Source of the DNA: an uncultured cyanobacterium
GTDB taxonomy: Bacteria; Cyanobacteriota; Cyanobacteriia; Phormidesmidales; Phormidesmidaceae
DNA length: 64,000 nt
Direction: 5' to 3'
NCBI GenBank assembly: GCA_963793265.1
Contig: CAWBZI010000001.1
Coordinates: 1,344,001-1,408,000 of the forward strand
Part shown: positions 48,741 to 58,370 of the stretch, in pieces
Layout: each line of letters begins with the position of its first letter
Position numbering within the stretch: the first letter of the stretch is position 1
The notes under the pieces: generated by a model
Database searches by the model: none
What the model was told of the DNA's origin: nothing
Seen by the model: only the letters and a program-made list of their open reading frames with translations
Translations under genes and position numbers: made by a program

Positions 48741-50108
48741 ATGAAAAAGTCAGCTAAGTCTGAAGCTGATTCTACCGAGGTGACGGTACCTATCGTTGAG
48801 GCAGTCTCCGTTGTTAAAGAGGCAGCTATCGACAAAGGAGACTCCAATACTAAGGAGATGCCCTTAGTTGAAAAAGCGTCTGCGATTGAAGAGGTGCCTA
48901 CGGCTAAGAAAAAGCTAGCGACAAGACTCGCTCGTTTGCCCAAAGGTAAGATTGCGTTTGGGTTAGGGCTATTAGGAGCTAGCTCTGGGCTGGCGTTTAC
49001 TCAGGCCATGCCAGATTCTTTACAAGCTACGATTTTGCCCGCTCAAACCCGCGCTGAGCCGCTTCGTCAGACGGGCGATCCAGAGGCGCAGGCGGTGCTC
49101 GGGTCAAGCGGGCTGTTTTTGACCAACGAGATTTTTTATCGAAAGATTGAGGCGATCGCACAAGTCCCTCGCAGCCAAACCTCAGCGCTCACTCAAGAAG
49201 GTGCGATCGCGCCCACAGCCAGCGGCCTACCTGTTCCTACTGATTCAGACTCGAAAGACACCTCAAAAGCAGACAGCGCCAAAGCTAAAGCTGCCCAAAA
49301 GGCACAGGCTGAACAAGTCATCGCCGCTGCGCCCCCCGCCCCCAAAGCTGCCGCCCCCGTCTTTGCAGGTACCACCATCGATAGCGTATTAGAGATGCGC
49401 GTTTCTTTAGCCCGAGATGTTGAGGCGATCGCCTTTGCCACTTCCAGCAGCGGCACCATCACCGACCTAGACGGCAACCCGCTCAAAACGCTCACCCCGG
49501 AAACCTCAGCGCTTGCCGAAATCGGTAACGGCATCGTCGTTGATGGCGAAACCCTGCCCACCGCCTTTTGGGTGTATCCCGAAGACGGCGGCTATGTGGC
49601 AGTCGGTAACAGTTGGTATCGTGGCCGCGTTCTTGTGGCTCTGCGCGAACGCGGCCTGATCGCGGTTAACTACGTTTTGCTGGGCGACTATCTCTACAGC
49701 GTCGTCGGCAGCGAAATGTCACCTAACTGGTCAATCGAATCACTCAAGGCTCAGGCCGTCGCTGCTCGCTCCTACGCGCTCACTCACAACATTCATCCCG
49801 CTAGCGATGAATACTTCGATCTTGACAACACGCAGCGCTTTCAGGCTTACAAAGGCATAGATAGAGAGGCGAACACAACTCAAGCCGCTGTGCAGTCTAC
49901 CGCTGGCGAATTCATCAGCCACGAGGGTGGGATTGTTGAGTCGCTGTATGCGGCCTCTCAAGACATTGTTGACGACGCGCATAAAGGAAGTGGCATGAGT
50001 CAGCTCGGTGCCCGAGATTTGGCTGAGCAGGGCTACAGCTATGCAGAAATTTTGAGCCACTACTATCCTGGCACCGCACTAGGACGAATAGAAACCGACC
50101 ACGAGTAG
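48741..50108 (+). CDS. SpoIID/LytB domain protein
   Basis: 'YRG', 'VNYV...DYL.SVV.SEM...W..E.LKAQAVAARSYAL', 'GMSQ.GA..LA..G..Y.EIL.HYYPG'. The start is uncertain (48684, 48741 or later). Confidence 0.88.
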   Translation: MKKSAKSEADSTEVTVPIVEAVSVVKEAAIDKGDSNTKEMPLVEKASAIEEVPTAKKKLATRLARLPKGKIAFGLGLLGASSGLAFTQAMPDSLQATILPAQTRAEPLRQTGDPEAQAVLGSSGLFLTNEIFYRKIEAIAQVPRSQTSALTQEGAIAPTASGLPVPTDSDSKDTSKADSAKAKAAQKAQAEQVIAAAPPAPKAAAPVFAGTTIDSVLEMRVSLARDVEAIAFATSSSGTITDLDGNPLKTLTPETSALAEIGNGIVVDGETLPTAFWVYPEDGGYVAVGNSWYRGRVLVALRERGLIAVNYVLLGDYLYSVVGSEMSPNWSIESLKAQAVAARSYALTHNIHPASDEYFDLDNTQRFQAYKGIDREANTTQAAVQSTAGEFISHEGGIVESLYAASQDIVDDAHKGSGMSQLGARDLAEQGYSYAEILSHYYPGTALGRIETDHE

Positions 50109-50277
50109 ATAGCGAGTAAACAGCTTGCCTACGACTGATTCCAGCAATATTTGAATGCGGCTATCCGAATAAAGCAAAGGGAAGAAGGTTGTGTAAACCC
50201 CTCTAGGCATATAAAGAATAGTCGGTAGAATAGAGGCACAAGCTTCTTGCTTTCGAGAACGTTCTTTTGAGAATGCC

Positions 50278-50802
50278 ATGAAAGAGTCTGGTCAGTCTGT
50301 TTATTCTGCCGAACCTTTAGCAACTAGCCCGGCAAATGCGGGTCGTACAGTTGCGAGCTACCTGTTTTGGCTGGCCTGCCTATCGGGGGTTTGTGGACTG
50401 CACCGATTTTATAATGGCAAGATTACATCGGGATTTATCTGGCTGTTTACCTTTGGGCTATTTGGCATTGGGCAGCTCGTAGATTTGGCTAATATTCCTG
50501 AAATGGCAGAGGAGCGATCGCGTCAACTCCGTCAGCGTAAGTACAACATTGCCCAATTCAACGATCCGGCATTAGTACAGACGCCTCAAACCGGAAAGCC
50601 CTCGCTTGTCATTCAGCTTCTTCAGCTTGCCAAACAAAAGAAAGGCCGCCTCACCGTCACAGACTGCGTACTAGAAACAGGCGCTTCCTTTACAGAAGTC
50701 GAGCAGCAGCTAAAAGAGCTTGTTACGGCGGGCTATGCGTTAGTCACTAACGATGTTGTCTCAGGTATTGTTGTTTACGAGATCCCTGAGTTAGAAACAT
50801 AA
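50278..50802 (+). CDS. TM2/NINE domain protein
   Basis: 'SYL.W.....[28 protein letters not shown]'. Confidence 0.9.
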   Translation: MKESGQSVYSAEPLATSPANAGRTVASYLFWLACLSGVCGLHRFYNGKITSGFIWLFTFGLFGIGQLVDLANIPEMAEERSRQLRQRKYNIAQFNDPALVQTPQTGKPSLVIQLLQLAKQKKGRLTVTDCVLETGASFTEVEQQLKELVTAGYALVTNDVVSGIVVYEIPELET

Positions 50803-50873
50803 CTAGGCGATAGTATTTTCGGGAAACATGAAGTGTCAACGTGTTGTTTTAATCAACATTTTATTACACTGCC

Positions 50874-52130
50874 ATGTCTTCTAAAAATAAACTAGCTAAA
50901 GATGAAAACAGCGGATGTGGATGCCTGGGCTTATTGCTATTTATTGGGTTCGGCATTTGGCTGGTGCCCAGATTGCAGTATATCAATCGTCAGGACGTTG
51001 AAAACTTCTCTCCTGAGAAGATAGGCAGTATCGCGAGTGCTGTAATAAATAAAGGCGATCATTCAACAACAACACTTACAGCAACAGAGCCTACCGCAAT
51101 AGAACCTATAGAATCAAAGCCTGTAGCGACAACACCGACAGCTCCTACAGACTACAAATTAAAGACTTCTGTCCCTGCCATACAGCAGGCACCTGCTGAG
51201 AGCAATATAGAGCCGATGGCCTGGCCTACACTACCTGCAGCCTGGGCTAATAAAGAGATGCGGGGCATTTATATTAGTCGGTATGCGATTACAAACCGGG
51301 CAAGTGAACAGATGATTCGCGATCGCGTCCGCTACTACAAGGCTCAAGGCATTAACACCATCATTCATGGCGTGTGGGGTAACGGCTGCACGATGTACAA
51401 AAGCGAGGTGATGAAACAAACCCTTGGCTACTCAAGCTGTCCTAACCTGTTTCAAGACGACTGGCTCGTATGGCTAATCGACGAAGCGCACCGGCAGGGA
51501 ATGCAAGTACACGCCTACTTTGAGAAAGGCATCAAACTAGACGAGAATAGTCCCATTTTTGACCTAGCGACCCAAAAAAAGTGGCTACTTCCAGGCATCG
51601 ATAAAACCTACGCAGGCGTCGATCACTATTTGTTAGATGTAGAAAAGCCAGAAGTTGCAAAGTACTTTCATGAAATTCAAGCAGAGTTTGTGCGCAAATA
51701 TCCCACCATTGATGCGGTGCAGTGGGACGACTACCTAGGCTATCACGAAGAAATATCAGGCGGTGTCGATCGCACCAAGGCCCTAACTGAGTTTGCGCTG
51801 GGTCTGCGAAACGCGGCCAAGCAGACGAATCCAAACGTTAGCTTCGACGTTTGTCATCATAATCCTTACTGGAGCAAGCAATACTTTGACGCCGACTGGA
51901 AAAACTGGAATGTTGATAGAGCTTTCATTCAAGCCTATGACGACAAGAACTTTGCTGAAGAACTTAGCTACATAGAACAATCTGAAGGCATTGCCGTAAC
52001 AGACACTCAGTTTGATCGGCTAGAAGCTTTAGCCAACAATCCCAATGTGAAAAGCGTTTTTCTCTTTCCGTCTGATGGTGATCCAGAGAAGACCGCTGCT
52101 CGATTCAAGCAAACAGTAGGCGTACGTTAA
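50874..52130 (+). CDS. GHL10-like glycoside hydrolase with an N-terminal membrane anchor
   Basis: 'E.RGIY', 'G.NTI...VWG.G', 'D.L..LI.EAH..G..VHA.FE.G', 'P.V......I..E.V..Y..D..Q.DD'. Confidence 0.85.
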   Translation: MSSKNKLAKDENSGCGCLGLLLFIGFGIWLVPRLQYINRQDVENFSPEKIGSIASAVINKGDHSTTTLTATEPTAIEPIESKPVATTPTAPTDYKLKTSVPAIQQAPAESNIEPMAWPTLPAAWANKEMRGIYISRYAITNRASEQMIRDRVRYYKAQGINTIIHGVWGNGCTMYKSEVMKQTLGYSSCPNLFQDDWLVWLIDEAHRQGMQVHAYFEKGIKLDENSPIFDLATQKKWLLPGIDKTYAGVDHYLLDVEKPEVAKYFHEIQAEFVRKYPTIDAVQWDDYLGYHEEISGGVDRTKALTEFALGLRNAAKQTNPNVSFDVCHHNPYWSKQYFDADWKNWNVDRAFIQAYDDKNFAEELSYIEQSEGIAVTDTQFDRLEALANNPNVKSVFLFPSDGDPEKTAARFKQTVGVR

Positions 52131-52220
52131 CGCTTAGAAGTGCACTGGATATCTTCCTCTCAAACTTCTCTACTATCAGATAAGCTTATAGTCAGCCGGT
52201 CTTCCTTATAAAATCGTTTT

Positions 52221-52514
52221 ATGAACGCAAACACCCTTTCTCGCTACGTTGAACGTAATTCTGAAATTTTGAGCGGAGAACCCGTTGTAACAGGTACTCG
52301 CACCTCTGTTCGAGCCATTGTTGGCCTATGGCGGCTGGGTATTATGCCAGAAGAAATATTAGTGCACCTTCCTCATCTCACGCTGGCCCAGGTATTTGAT
52401 GCATTGAGTTTCTATCAAGACAATCAGCCAGAAATTAACGAATACATAGAGCGCAATCAAGTGCCAGATGAATTGGTTCACCCATCTGTAAAAGCAATGC
52501 TGACAAATTCGTGA
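52221..52514 (+). CDS. DUF433 domain protein (antitoxin-like)
   Basis: 'EIL.GEP...GTR..VR.IV', 'PEEI....P.LTLAQV..AL.FY..N..EI'. Confidence 0.9.
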   Translation: MNANTLSRYVERNSEILSGEPVVTGTRTSVRAIVGLWRLGIMPEEILVHLPHLTLAQVFDALSFYQDNQPEINEYIERNQVPDELVHPSVKAMLTNS

Positions 52515-52840
52515 CCGAACTTATAGCGCTATACACAGATGAGGATATGTCAGCATTGGTCGCTAAGCTTCTAAAGTCGCGTGGCTTAGAAGTGACGACT
52601 GTTCCTGAACAAGCCTCACTGGGTAAAAGTGACCTTGAACAGCTAAAGCTAGCATCTTCTATGAACAGATGTCTCATAACCCACAATCGAGTAGACTTTG
52701 AGCGGTTGCATATTCAGTATGTGGATAACAACCAAGAACATGCTGGAATTATTGTCGTTCCACAGAAGAACGCTTATGAAGTAGCTAAAAGAATTGGCAT
52801 CTTGGTTAATGCACTAACAGTTGATGATATTGCGAACTAA
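52511..52840 (+). CDS. DUF5615 family PIN-like protein
   Basis: 'LY.DED.....A.LL..RG..V.T', 'G.SD.EQL..A....R..ITHNR.DF..LH......H.GII'. GTGA overlap with DUF433. Confidence 0.88.
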   Translation: MTELIALYTDEDMSALVAKLLKSRGLEVTTVPEQASLGKSDLEQLKLASSMNRCLITHNRVDFERLHIQYVDNNQEHAGIIVVPQKNAYEVAKRIGILVNALTVDDIAN

Positions 52841-52868
52841 CTGCTATACGCATGAGCTATGACTGCTT

Positions 52869-53933
52869 TTAAGGTAGAGGCACAAAGCCTGCTTCTTTGA
52901 GGAGTTCGCCGCCTTCTTCGGTTTGGATGAGCTGGGCGTAGGCGGTGCCTGCTTGCTCGGTTAGCTGGCCGTCTTTGCGGACGATGATGTAGAGCGGGCG
53001 GATAAGGGGGTAGGTTTGGCTTTGGAAGGCGTTGAGGTTTAGCTGATTGCGCTGGGTTGGGCAGCTAGTCGGGGCGACGTAGGGATTTTGGTAGGGGGCG
53101 ACGAGCTGGGAGCCTGATGTGCCGATGGGAAGCGGGGCGACGGTGCACTGGCCGACAATTTCGGGGGCGGAGGCGTAGTAGATGGCTCCTGGGTTTTCGC
53201 TGACGAAGCGGATGGCAGCAGTGGTGGTGTTTTGCCTTTGCACGGTGGGGGCGAAGGGCTGGTCGTTTAGGACGACTTCCTGGAAGAATTGGACGGTGCC
53301 GGAGTCGCCTCGGGAGGTGGGGATGATAGGGAGGTTGGGGCCGCCAACTTGGTTCCAGTTGGTGATGCTGCCCGTGTAGATGTCTTTGAGCTGAGTGAGG
53401 GTGAGGCCGGGGATGGGGAGATCGGGATGGGTGGCGATCGCAACTGCTTCCATCGCCACCGGAATCTCTTGCAGGGTCACACCCCGCTGCTGCGCCTGCT
53501 GCTTTTCTTGTGCGCTCAAAGGCCGTGACGACTGCGCAAACGCCAGCTCGCCGTTGATGAGCAGCTCAATCCCTTCACTTGAGCCTGAAGCGTCTTTATA
53601 AACCAGGGAAAAACCGGGCTGCGCCTGCTGAACTTGGGGGTCAAACGTGCTTCTAAGCGGAGCCCATGTTGTGCTGCCGCCATAGAAAAACCGCCCGTTT
53701 GGAATGTTGGATACGTCTGCAAACGTGCCGCCCGAAAAGGAGCTAGCAATATCTACAGGCTGAGGGTTCTCGGCCCCATTGACCGTCGTTTGCATCGTTT
53801 CTGCGGCGTCAGATAAGCCACCCCCCGACAACAGATCACTGCTCTTGAGCCACCATCCACCCGCCCCAACCACGGCAATCGTGATTCCTAAAGCGATGAT
53901 CAAAGCAGGGGTTTCGTTCTTTGACTGGCTCAT
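52869..53933 (-). CDS. PstS-like phosphate-binding protein (PBP domain), membrane-anchored
   Basis: 'F.YGGSTTWAP.R', 'GS..GI..L', 'LT..QL..IY.G.ITNW..VGG', 'SGT..FF', 'YP..R.LY'. Confidence 0.85.
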   Translation of the reverse strand: MSQSKNETPALIIALGITIAVVGAGGWWLKSSDLLSGGGLSDAAETMQTTVNGAENPQPVDIASSFSGGTFADVSNIPNGRFFYGGSTTWAPLRSTFDPQVQQAQPGFSLVYKDASGSSEGIELLINGELAFAQSSRPLSAQEKQQAQQRGVTLQEIPVAMEAVAIATHPDLPIPGLTLTQLKDIYTGSITNWNQVGGPNLPIIPTSRGDSGTVQFFQEVVLNDQPFAPTVQRQNTTTAAIRFVSENPGAIYYASAPEIVGQCTVAPLPIGTSGSQLVAPYQNPYVAPTSCPTQRNQLNLNAFQSQTYPLIRPLYIIVRKDGQLTEQAGTAYAQLIQTEEGGELLKEAGFVPLP

Positions 53934-54000
53934 GAGACAAAAGCTAAATAAGGGATGGATGTGTAGCCGTAATAGCTAACGCTAGCCATAAGCTACCCAC

Positions 54001-54270
54001 CTAAAACACTTGATTCCATTCATAAACGGAATATTCTGTCCAGATCCCGTTTTGCCAGTAAGGATCGCCCTCTATGAGCTGGCGCACCGCATCTTCACTG
54101 TCAGCCTCATATGTGCCAAACACCTTTGTATTATCGGTAGTTGGGCCGAGAGCCGTGAGAATGCCGCGTTCCTTTTGCTCAGTAAGCCCCTTGAGGTGAG
54201 CTTCGCGGTAGGGCGATCGCTTCTCCAAAGCATCCACACAATAGCTGCCCCACATCACAAACTTAGCCAT
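54001..54270 (-). CDS. YciI family protein
   Basis: 'ALEKR.PYREAHL', 'GPT', 'DPYW.NG.W'. Confidence 0.9.
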   Translation of the reverse strand: MAKFVMWGSYCVDALEKRSPYREAHLKGLTEQKERGILTALGPTTDNTKVFGTYEADSEDAVRQLIEGDPYWQNGIWTEYSVYEWNQVF

Positions 54271-54318
54271 AGTCTCATTCCCTTAATTACGCCCTTAAAT
54301 CAAATCACACTCTTTCAT

Positions 54319-54831
54319 CTAAACGATCTCAAATTCAACCCCATAGGTTTCCAAAAGGTTGCAAGTTGTGTGGTCTACCACATTGGTATCGCTGAGTTCT
54401 AGATTGTAAAAATTCACTGTGTCATCGTCAAAATAGGGACCTGCGTGCCACGTTCCTACCTCTAGCTTGACGAAGCAATCGCCTGGAATCTTGAATACCC
54501 GAATGTCTGTGGGCTGAGGGTTTGGCTGCGCGCTCGGCGGGGCAACACCTAAGAACCACGTTCGTCCGTCTAAAGCACCTAAGCACTGAGTACAGCCGCC
54601 GTGTCGGGTAATGTCATGAAATCGTCGTCCGCGCTGATGGAGCTGCATGATGTAGAAGCGCGGCGTACCGTTTTGCAAGTCGAGCTGAGCATCTTGCAGG
54701 TTAAACGGAACGTCGTCGGGCTGAGGCCGAATGAGTTGTCCAAAGGGTTTGAAGGCTTCGGAATTGATAGGCGTTGCCTCGATGGGCATTGCCTGAACGG
54801 TCGGAGATGAGTTAGCCAAAATAATAGTCAC
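54319..54831 (-). CDS. ureidoglycolate lyase-like cupin
   Basis: 'F.PFGQ.I', 'G.PRFYIM.L', 'ITRH...TQCLG', 'L..GTWHAGP', 'FYNLELSDTN..DH'. The start may be ATG ~54789. Confidence 0.8.
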   Translation of the reverse strand: MTIILANSSPTVQAMPIEATPINSEAFKPFGQLIRPQPDDVPFNLQDAQLDLQNGTPRFYIMQLHQRGRRFHDITRHGGCTQCLGALDGRTWFLGVAPPSAQPNPQPTDIRVFKIPGDCFVKLEVGTWHAGPYFDDDTVNFYNLELSDTNVVDHTTCNLLETYGVEFEIV

Positions 54832-54907
54832 AAAATCATAAGGATCATAGGAAATCCTATAGGCTAGGGGGCTGTATCATTCTATAGAAAGTAGCTAGCG
54901 ATATTAC

Positions 54908-56050
54908 ATGGACGACAAACTAATGCTGATGATTCCGGGGCCGACCCCGGTGCCTGAGAAAGTTTTGCTGGCGATGGCGAAGCACCCGATTGGGCATCGC
55001 AGCGGCGAATTTAGTCAGATTATCGCTGAGACAAATGAAAATCTGAAGTGGCTTTTTCAGACCAAGAATCCCGTGATGGCGCTGTGTGCGAGCGGGACTG
55101 GCACCATTGAAGCGGCGATTATTAACTTTTTGAGTGCGGGCGATCGCGTCATCGTCGGCAGTAACGGCAAGTTTGGCGACAGATGGGCACAAATTGCCAA
55201 AGCCTACGGCCTAGACGTGCAGGTCGTTAAGGCCGAATGGGGCGAGCCGCTGAACCCCGATGATATTGCCGCTGAACTCAAGACTGATAAGAGTATCAAG
55301 GCCGTTATCATCACGCACAGCGAAACGTCTACTGGCGTACTGAACGATTTAGAGGCGATCAACAAGGCTGTAAAAGACAATAGCGATGCATTAATTATCG
55401 TTGACGCGGTTACTAGCCTGGGTTCTTACAACATTCCGGTGGATGAGTGGGGCATTGATGTGATTGGCTCTGGCTCGCAGAAGGGCTTTATGCTGCCACC
55501 AGGCTTGGGCTTTGTTACGGCTAGCGATAAGGCATGGGCAGCTTACGAGAAAGCAACGCTGCCTAAGTTCTATTTAGACCTGGGTAAGTATCGCAAAGCT
55601 GCTGATAAAGACAGCACGCCTTTCACCCCGCCTGTGAATCTCTACTTCGGCATGAAAGTGGCCTTGGAGATGATGAAAGCGGAAGGTTTAGAGAGTATTT
55701 TTGCTCGCCACACGCGGCACAAAGAAGCGGCGCGCGCGGCAATGAAGGCGTTGGGTCTACCTTTGTTTGCTCCTGATAGCAATGCGAGTCCGGCGGTAAC
55801 TTCTGTTGTTCCTGATGGCGTCGATGCTGAGAAGATTCGCTCGGTGATGAAGAATCGCTTTGATATTGCCCTTGCAGGCGGTCAGGATCATATGAAGGGC
55901 AAGATGTTTCGGATGGGGCATTTGGGCTTTGTGAGCGATCGCGATGTTTTATGCGCCATTAGCGCCCTCGAAGCAACTTTGGTAGAGCTAGGCCACAAAG
56001 CGCCAGGTAGCGGCGTGGGTGCAGCGAGCGAAAGACTGCAAAAAGGATAG
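54908..56050 (+). CDS. class V PLP aminotransferase (alanine/serine-glyoxylate family)
   Basis: 'LMIPGPTPVP', 'HSETSTG', 'DAVTS', 'GSQKG...PPG', 'FR.GHLG'. Confidence 0.93.
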   Translation: MDDKLMLMIPGPTPVPEKVLLAMAKHPIGHRSGEFSQIIAETNENLKWLFQTKNPVMALCASGTGTIEAAIINFLSAGDRVIVGSNGKFGDRWAQIAKAYGLDVQVVKAEWGEPLNPDDIAAELKTDKSIKAVIITHSETSTGVLNDLEAINKAVKDNSDALIIVDAVTSLGSYNIPVDEWGIDVIGSGSQKGFMLPPGLGFVTASDKAWAAYEKATLPKFYLDLGKYRKAADKDSTPFTPPVNLYFGMKVALEMMKAEGLESIFARHTRHKEAARAAMKALGLPLFAPDSNASPAVTSVVPDGVDAEKIRSVMKNRFDIALAGGQDHMKGKMFRMGHLGFVSDRDVLCAISALEATLVELGHKAPGSGVGAASERLQKG

Positions 56051-56096
56051 ATATTGTCTTGATTAAAAGACTACTGAAAAATTAGATTCAACAACA

Positions 56097-56131
56097 AGAG
56101 TCTCGAAGGATTTAAAACCTTTCGAGACTCT
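56097..56131. terminator. probable bidirectional terminator between convergent genes
   Basis: AGAGTCTCGAAGG...CCTTTCGAGACTCT hairpin with a T-rich 3' flank and an A-rich 5' flank. Confidence 0.75.
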
Positions 56132-56169
56132 CTTCTTTTAGAGGCGCATACGGATTAGCAGAATGTTGT

Positions 56170-57333
56170 TTATATGCAATGCCCTGATCGTATTGCCTCT
56201 GTCACAATCGCCACTGTCTGGTCAATTTCAGCTTCAGTAGTTTCTCTTCCAAGCCCGAACCGTAAGGTTGCTCTAGCTAACTCATCACTGCGACCGAGTG
56301 CTTTAATCACATGAGAGGGTGCGGGACTCGCTGAGCTACAGGCTGAACCAGAAGAGAGCGCAATGTGCGGCTGTAGTTGCGAGAGTAGCGTAGCGCCTTT
56401 AATACCTGAGATGCTGACATTAAGGTTGTTGGCAAGGCGCTGTGTAGGATGTCCGTTGAGATAGATATCGGTGAGATTGGTAGAAAGGTGTGTCCAGAGG
56501 CGATCGCGCAACCCCTTCAACCGCTTCATCTCCTCATCCCGCTCAGCCATCGCCAGCCTCAGCGCCTCGCCAAATCCCACAATCTGCGGCGGATAAAGCG
56601 TACCAGAACGCAATCCTCTCTCCTGATCGCCACCATGTAGCTGCGGCGCAAGCTGTACCCGAGGATTTCGCCTGCGCACATACAGCGCGCCAATGCCTTT
56701 AGGGCCGTAGAGCTTATGGGCCGTCATTGAAAGCAGGTCTATATTCATCGCCTGCACGTCAAGGGGGATTTTGCCGAGGGCTTGGGCGGCATCGGTATGG
56801 AAAAGGATATTGCGATCGCAACACATCTCCCCAATCTCTTTAACCGGCTGCAACACCCCAATCTCATTATTCGCCGCCATCACCGACACTAAAATTGTCT
56901 CAGGCCGAAACGCCTGCTCCAAAGTCTCTAATTGAAGGAGCCCTTGAGAATCTACCGGCAAATAAGTCACGCTAAAACCCAAACGCTCCAGGTATCGGCA
57001 GGGCTCAAGCACCGCGCTATGCTCTGTTTGCACAGTAATAATATGTTTGCCATCGCTCATATAAGATTCGGCAACGCCTTTAATCGCCAGATTGTTAGCT
57101 TCTGTTGCACCGCTTGTAAAAACAATCTCTACAGGCTCCGCATTAATCGCCTTAGCGATAATATCTCTCGCCTTATCAATGCCTGCCTCAGCCTCCCAAC
57201 CATACGAGTGATTCAGGCTGCTAGGATTACCAAAATACTCTGTAAAAAACGGCAGCATCGTCTCCAGCACACGCGGATCAACCGGCGTGGTTGCGTTACT
57301 GTCTAAATAAATAGGACGACTGGCTTTGTTCAT
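56170..57333 (-). CDS. iscS: cysteine desulfurase (IscS/NifS type)
   Basis: 'IYLD.NATTP', 'FTSGATE.NN', 'HTDAAQ', 'AHKLYGPKG', 'RSGT', 'SSGSACSS'. Confidence 0.93.
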   Translation of the reverse strand: MNKASRPIYLDSNATTPVDPRVLETMLPFFTEYFGNPSSLNHSYGWEAEAGIDKARDIIAKAINAEPVEIVFTSGATEANNLAIKGVAESYMSDGKHIITVQTEHSAVLEPCRYLERLGFSVTYLPVDSQGLLQLETLEQAFRPETILVSVMAANNEIGVLQPVKEIGEMCCDRNILFHTDAAQALGKIPLDVQAMNIDLLSMTAHKLYGPKGIGALYVRRRNPRVQLAPQLHGGDQERGLRSGTLYPPQIVGFGEALRLAMAERDEEMKRLKGLRDRLWTHLSTNLTDIYLNGHPTQRLANNLNVSISGIKGATLLSQLQPHIALSSGSACSSASPAPSHVIKALGRSDELARATLRFGLGRETTEAEIDQTVAIVTEAIRSGHCI

Positions 57334-57725
57334 ATCGACTCTATTTCTTCATTTTGTTCCCTCAGCACGAACCGATCAAAGAAACCAATGGCTTCGTAAT
57401 TTCCAAAAGGCGTTTCGGTAACATATGTGCTAAATAGCAGGCGATTTTTTCGCTCTGTATTCGTAACAATTAGATCTTGTACTTCTTCAGCAGTAAGGCT
57501 CTCGCTACCTGCAACGACGCCTTGACAAGCTTTACTAATTGCCTCACCTACTCGCCCGAGCCATTCAGCAAACCCTTCGGGCTGACACACCGAAGCTTCC
57601 ACTTCATCAGCGACCGTTGTTGAAAGGTACTGCGCGTAGTCTTCTTCAGTAGGGTTCGTAATAAATAATGCGCCGCCCAAGGCTACCAGCGAAAACAGCG
57701 CTATAGAAGGAACAACTTTTTTCAT
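57330..57725 (-). CDS. DUF4359 family protein
   Basis: Hydrophobic leader plus 'TNP....Y..Y', two Cys and 'T.R.N.LLFS.Y.T'. Confidence 0.75.
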   Translation of the reverse strand: MKKVVPSIALFSLVALGGALFITNPTEEDYAQYLSTTVADEVEASVCQPEGFAEWLGRVGEAISKACQGVVAGSESLTAEEVQDLIVTNTERKNRLLFSTYVTETPFGNYEAIGFFDRFVLREQNEEIESI

Positions 57726-57794
57726 GATCGATTAACCTAAAAGAGAAGACAGTGTGAGACTGTATGAGATCTGTGACTATCCTAACGTAACGCT

Positions 57795-58370
57795 ATGAAC
57801 ACACCTGCTCATGCCATTTTCAATCTGGCACTGCTGGGTCGCAAAAAGCAGCCGCAGTGGAATCCGCTCATTATCTGGGGTGCGCTCATTCCCGATTTGG
57901 CGATGTTCGCGTTTTACCTATGGCTCAGGCTCGCTACAGACATTCCAGAAAACCAGATTTGGCGAGTAGAGTACTATCGGCCCTTCTGGCAAACGCTGTT
58001 TGACTGGTTCAACTCTATTCCGCTGGCGCTGCTGGGAATGGGCGTCATGTTTTATGCCAGGCGTACCGGGATTGCGCTACTGTTTGCCAGCATTTTGCTA
58101 CATTGCTTGCAGGATCTACCGCTCCACAATGACGACGCGCATCGGCACTTTTTACCCCTGAGTAACTATCGCTTCGAGAGCCCGCTTTCTTATTGGGATC
58201 CCGACCACTATGGTCAAATTATGGGGCTGATAGAGCTAGTGCTGATGGTGGTTGCAAGCATCTATGTTTTTAGGCGGGTGCGATCGCGCTGGACTAAAGG
58301 TCTTTTAATCTCAGTTAACGTACCAGCGTTGCTCCTGCTCGCATATCTAGCGTTCACTGCCGTCACATAA
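57795..58370 (+). CDS. membrane protein, metal-dependent hydrolase-like
   Basis: 'MNTP.H', 'GA..PD', 'LH...D.PLH.DDAH.HF.P', 'SP.SYWD'. Confidence 0.75.
   Translation: MNTPAHAIFNLALLGRKKQPQWNPLIIWGALIPDLAMFAFYLWLRLATDIPENQIWRVEYYRPFWQTLFDWFNSIPLALLGMGVMFYARRTGIALLFASILLHCLQDLPLHNDDAHRHFLPLSNYRFESPLSYWDPDHYGQIMGLIELVLMVVASIYVFRRVRSRWTKGLLISVNVPALLLLAYLAFTAVT

Noticed and set aside
52869..53933. A pst phosphate uptake operon
   Set aside because: No pstC, pstA or pstB nearby; it is a solitary binding-protein gene.
54874..54887. NtcA box upstream of the aminotransferase
   Set aside because: It reads GTA-N8-TAG, not TAC; too weak to call.
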